Assembly (NCBI RefSeq): GCF_003966335.1
Contig: NZ_CP034549.1
Coordinates: 1,500,001 to 1,532,000, forward strand
Source: Nonlabens ponticola
Lineage (GTDB): Bacteria > Bacteroidota > Bacteroidia > Flavobacteriales > Flavobacteriaceae
Direction of reading: 5' to 3'
Length of the DNA stretch: 32,000 nucleotides
The notes below the pieces were generated by a model. The model did no database searches. It saw only the letters and a list, made by a program, of their open reading frames with translations, and was not told the origin of the DNA. Position numbers and translations under genes: made by a program. This document shows positions 28,416 through 32,000 of this stretch, one piece after another; the first letter of the stretch is position 1, and every line of letters begins with the position of its first letter.

Positions 28416-30245
28416 ATGTCAGATATCATTAGGTTATTACCTGATCACGTTGCAAATCAAATTGCCGCTGGTGAAGTTGTTCAACGACCAGCCAGTGTCG
28501 TCAAAGAATTATTAGAGAATGCCATTGATGCTGACGCACGTGAGATTTCGTTAATTGTAAAGGATTCTGGTAAGACTTTGATCCAAGTGATCGATGATGG
28601 TAAGGGTATGAGCACCATGGATGCACGCATGGCTTTTGAAAGACATGCCACTTCAAAGATCCAGTCTGCTGACGAATTATTTAATCTTTCTACCAAAGGA
28701 TTTAGGGGTGAGGCGCTAGCGTCAGTAGCCGCAGTATCTCATGTAACTATTAAGACAAAACGTCCAGAAGATGATCTGGGAACCACTATTTCTATTGAAG
28801 GTAGTAAAGTGATTGCTCAAGAACCTGCTGTGGCTCCGGTAGGAACGACTGTGAGTGTGCGCAATTTGTTTTACAATGTTCCTGCACGCCGCAAGTTTTT
28901 AAAATCGGACAATGTTGAGTTGCGTAATGTGACTAATGAGTTTCATCGTGTAGCACTAGCGCATCCCAAGATTCATTTCAAATTCTCACATAACGGCAGC
29001 GATTTATTCAATCTACCTGCAGGAACTTATCGGCAACGCATTGTCAATGTCATGGGTCATAAGGTGGACGATAAACTTGTTGAGATCAAGGAAGAAACAG
29101 AATTGCTCAATATCCATGGATACATAGGTAAACCAGAATATGCTAGAAAAACCAAAGGACTGCAATATTTCTTTGTCAACGATAGATTCATCAAGCACTC
29201 TTATCTTCATCATGCAGTTTCTAGCGCTTTTGAAGGATTGTTGTCTCAAGGCTCTAACCCTAGTTATTTTCTATTTCTGGATGTACCGCCAGATAGCGTG
29301 GATATCAATATACACCCAACTAAGACAGAGGTAAAGTTTGAGGATGAGCACAGCTTGTATGCGATCATAAGAGCAAGTGTTAAGCATGCCTTAGGACAAT
29401 TTACCATTAACACTATCGATTTTCAAAAGGATACAGAACTTGATGTACCGTATGAAGTGAGTAGATCTGCTATTAAATCACCTCGTATAGAGGTAGATCC
29501 AGATTTTAATCCTTTCAATGATACGGGTTCATCTAGAAAGGTTCATCAACATATTCAAAAACCTGCTGGATCTTGGGAATCGTTGTATGCTGGACTAGAT
29601 GATACGAGTGTATTGCATGATGAAACTGTGACTAGTCCCAGAAATTCTACTTCATTATTCAATGATGATGTAGAGCAAACGGGCTCCAGTATTTTCCAGT
29701 TGCAGCGCAAGTTTATTATTAGCACGCTGCAAAGTGGTTTACTGGTAATCAATCAACATCGAGCGCATGAGCGCGTATTGTACGAGCAATTATTGAGACA
29801 GCTTACCGTTCAAAATGGGGTGAGTCAGCAATTGTTATTTCCTGTAAAGATCAATCGATCACCAGATGAGGTTGATATTGTCAAACAATTACAAAGTCAA
29901 TTAGAGAGCGTAGGGTTCTTATTTGGTATTATTGAAAATAATGTCATAGAAATTCAAGGTTTACCGCTGGACTTGAAAGAACCACAAGTAGAGCCACTAC
30001 TGGATGTCGTGATAAAGTCAGAGCAAGAACAGGTACCGCAACAGCAAGATGCACAATTGCAGCGCATGGCGGCTCAATTGGCAGGACAAATGGCGATTAA
30101 GACAGGTGAGCAATTACGAGTAGAGCAAATGCAGCAAGTCATTGACGAGCTTTTTGCTTGCGAGGAACCAGCGCTATCACCAGCTGGTAAAAAAGTATTT
30201 ATTACGATTACGGGCGATACGCTCAGTTCAAAATTTGACCATTAA
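28416..30245 (+). CDS. mutL: DNA mismatch repair protein MutL
   Basis: 609-aa ORF with GHKL ATPase N-domain motifs (IAAGEVVQRPASVVKELLENAIDA, DDGKGM, GFRGEALASV) and a C-terminal dimerisation domain. Confidence 0.95.
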   Translation: MSDIIRLLPDHVANQIAAGEVVQRPASVVKELLENAIDADAREISLIVKDSGKTLIQVIDDGKGMSTMDARMAFERHATSKIQSADELFNLSTKGFRGEALASVAAVSHVTIKTKRPEDDLGTTISIEGSKVIAQEPAVAPVGTTVSVRNLFYNVPARRKFLKSDNVELRNVTNEFHRVALAHPKIHFKFSHNGSDLFNLPAGTYRQRIVNVMGHKVDDKLVEIKEETELLNIHGYIGKPEYARKTKGLQYFFVNDRFIKHSYLHHAVSSAFEGLLSQGSNPSYFLFLDVPPDSVDINIHPTKTEVKFEDEHSLYAIIRASVKHALGQFTINTIDFQKDTELDVPYEVSRSAIKSPRIEVDPDFNPFNDTGSSRKVHQHIQKPAGSWESLYAGLDDTSVLHDETVTSPRNSTSLFNDDVEQTGSSIFQLQRKFIISTLQSGLLVINQHRAHERVLYEQLLRQLTVQNGVSQQLLFPVKINRSPDEVDIVKQLQSQLESVGFLFGIIENNVIEIQGLPLDLKEPQVEPLLDVVIKSEQEQVPQQQDAQLQRMAAQLAGQMAIKTGEQLRVEQMQQVIDELFACEEPALSPAGKKVFITITGDTLSSKFDH

Positions 30246-30940
30246 TGTTTAGTAATATCACACCTGTAGTACGCAATTTGATCATCTTGAATGTCGTGAT
30301 GTACATAGGTACCGTTTTTCTCGCGCCACAGCTGTATTATGATTTCAGTTTATGGTTTTTTAAACATCCTGAATTCGATTTCTGGCAAATCTTCTCGCAT
30401 ATGTTTATGCATGATTCGCGCAGTTTCATGCATATCCTTTTTAATATGTATGGTTTGCTATTATTCGGGCCACTGTTGGAACGATGGATGGGATCCAACC
30501 GATTTATATTTTTTTATCTCGCTTCAGGAATTGGTGCTTATTTATTAACGACAGGAATAGATTATTTTCAATACGTTCAGACCGTTGCCGAATTAGAATC
30601 TAAAGGCTACAGCGCTAATGAAATACCTAATATCCTTTTCACCAAAACCTCACTGGCAGTTCCTATGGTAGGAGCAAGTGGTTGTCTCTTTGGTGTATTG
30701 GCAGGGTTTGCTTATTTGTATCCCAATCTAAAGTTGCAATTGCTGTTTATACCAGTACCAATTGCTGCAAAATGGTTGATAGGCGCTTACGTCGCTTATG
30801 AAACACTTGCCACCATTGGAATCATTAATTTACAAGACAATATTGGTCATGCAGCACACCTAGGTGGTGCGATATTTGGCTTTATTATGGTATGGTATTG
30901 GAAACGTAACGACTACGATCAATATAGAATAGACAACTGA
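30245..30940 (+). CDS. Rhomboid family intramembrane serine protease
   Basis: 231-aa polytopic ORF with catalytic GxSG (GASGCLFG) and His (HAAHLGGAIFG) in TM helices. TAATG overlap with the mutL stop. Confidence 0.88.
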   Translation: MFSNITPVVRNLIILNVVMYIGTVFLAPQLYYDFSLWFFKHPEFDFWQIFSHMFMHDSRSFMHILFNMYGLLLFGPLLERWMGSNRFIFFYLASGIGAYLLTTGIDYFQYVQTVAELESKGYSANEIPNILFTKTSLAVPMVGASGCLFGVLAGFAYLYPNLKLQLLFIPVPIAAKWLIGAYVAYETLATIGIINLQDNIGHAAHLGGAIFGFIMVWYWKRNDYDQYRIDN

Positions 30941-31803
30941 TGGATTTTATAGATTCTGTAAAACTTAAATATAAACAGCTTGACGTACTAGGTCAGCTCA
31001 TTGCCACGGTGGTAGTAGTGAATCTGGTTATATATCTGGCTTCTTTATTGTATCAACCCATCTGGAGTTGGTTTGCGTTGCCCGCTGGCTTCATTGAACC
31101 ATTATTGCAACCATGGGCTTTTATCACCTATGGGTTCTTGCATGGTGGCATTTTTCATCTATTGATAAACATGTACATCTTGTACATTATGGGTCAGTTT
31201 TTACTCAATTTATTTACTGGTAAACAATTACTATCGCTGTTTTGGGCAGGCGTTCTTGCCGGTGGTCTTGCATTTACGGCTGTCAGCGCCATTTTCACCG
31301 AATTTTTATTCAATACCCAATTAGTGGGTGCCAGCGCTGGTGTTTTTGCAGTGGTGTTTTTTGTATGCACCTATATGCCTGATCATGAGATACGCCTATT
31401 TTTTGTACTCAACGTTAAGCTCAAGTATTTGGCATTAGTGTTTTTAGGTTTTGACCTTATCGCCATTTTCACTGGCGTCAATGCTGGTGGTAGTATCGCT
31501 CATTTAGGTGGCGCCGCTTTGGGATATTATGCTGCAACGCGCATGAAAGATGGTATTGATGTATTGACAGGAGTTTCTGCTGCTGGTGATTGGTTAGGTA
31601 ATTTATTCAAGTCATCTGGTAAGCCTGCCAAAAAATCCAAAATGAAAACCGTTTACAAAAGTGCCAACAAGAAAAAAGCCGCCGGAAATCCAAAAGATCA
31701 ACAAGCGCGCATTGACGCTATACTTGACAAGATCAGTGCTTCTGGTTATGACAGCTTGAGCCGTGCCGAGAAGGATTTTCTCTTCAAGGCTGGAAAGGAG
31801 TAA
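30940..31803 (+). CDS. Rhomboid family protein (second paralog) with a Lys-rich linker and small C-terminal soluble domain
   Basis: 287-aa ORF with HGGIFHLLINM, GASAGVFAVV (Ser retained, GxSxG variant) and IAHLGGAALG. C-terminal tail KPAKKSKMK...ILDKISASGYDSLSRAEKDFLF. TGATG overlap with the previous rhomboid. Confidence 0.82.
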   Translation: MDFIDSVKLKYKQLDVLGQLIATVVVVNLVIYLASLLYQPIWSWFALPAGFIEPLLQPWAFITYGFLHGGIFHLLINMYILYIMGQFLLNLFTGKQLLSLFWAGVLAGGLAFTAVSAIFTEFLFNTQLVGASAGVFAVVFFVCTYMPDHEIRLFFVLNVKLKYLALVFLGFDLIAIFTGVNAGGSIAHLGGAALGYYAATRMKDGIDVLTGVSAAGDWLGNLFKSSGKPAKKSKMKTVYKSANKKKAAGNPKDQQARIDAILDKISASGYDSLSRAEKDFLFKAGKE

Positions 31804-31821
31804 AGTTGTTTTTTTGTTTAC

Positions 31822-31835
31822 GCTTTCGCGAAAGC
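31822..31835. repeat. 14-bp perfect palindrome GCTTTCGCGAAAGC, copy 8 (between convergent gene ends after rhomboid 2)
   Basis: Exact match. The dyad extends to ACGCTTTCGCGAAAGCGT (18 bp). Confidence 0.95.
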
Positions 31836-31897
31836 GTGATAACAAGAACTTCAACATTTTAGTAATGTCATTAATTCTTGTGCCTTCTTTATTACTG

Positions 31898-32000
31898 CTA
31901 ATTTACACGTGGGTCTATACCACCCATCTTAGAATGGCTATAATTATATCCAAAAACGCTTTTAAGTTCACTACCGTCTTCCTTATACGGCTTGTAAAAT
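31898..32000 (-). CDS. 3' end of an unidentified ORF running in from beyond the window edge
   Basis: The minus-strand frame is open from 31999 to 31901 (..FYKPYKEDGSELKSVFGYNYSHSKMGGIDPRVN) and is followed by TAG (31900..31898). Only 33 codons are visible, so coding status is unproven. Confidence 0.3.
   Translation of the reverse strand, partial: FYKPYKEDGSELKSVFGYNYSHSKMGGIDPRVN

Overview
This is a chromosomal segment from a Bacteroidota, most likely a Flavobacteriaceae-type genome. Supporting evidence: a SusC/SusD pair, a T9SS C-terminal sorting domain, a type III glutamine synthetase, TAnnTTTG -7 promoter boxes, and no Shine-Dalgarno sequences. The window is densely coding, with 27 complete ORFs and one short partial ORF at the right edge.

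Most genes are housekeeping: M23 peptidase, acyl-CoA carboxyltransferase, MscS channel, pyrF, prfA, purM, GS-III, a CaCA antiporter, fsa/tal, an ABC-F ATPase, and mutL followed by two rhomboid proteases. Between them sit accessory-looking genes: two tandem paralogous lipoproteins, a divergent MsrA-like protein, a redox-dead thioredoxin-like lipoprotein, and a SusC/SusD/lipoprotein locus. That locus has no CAZymes. An ELWxxDGT-repeat T9SS protein sits upstream of it, and a di-heme cytochrome c peroxidase operon sits downstream.

I saw no rRNA, tRNA, CRISPR array, transposase, integrase or recognisable defence system.

The most striking signal not explained by genes is a perfect 14-bp palindrome, GCTTTCGCGAAAGC. 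It occurs 8 times exactly and once with one mismatch, mostly at gene boundaries but also inside ORFs. It resembles an undescribed HIP1-, USS- or REP-like iterated element or a global operator. All functional calls come from reading motifs in the translations; no database search was run.
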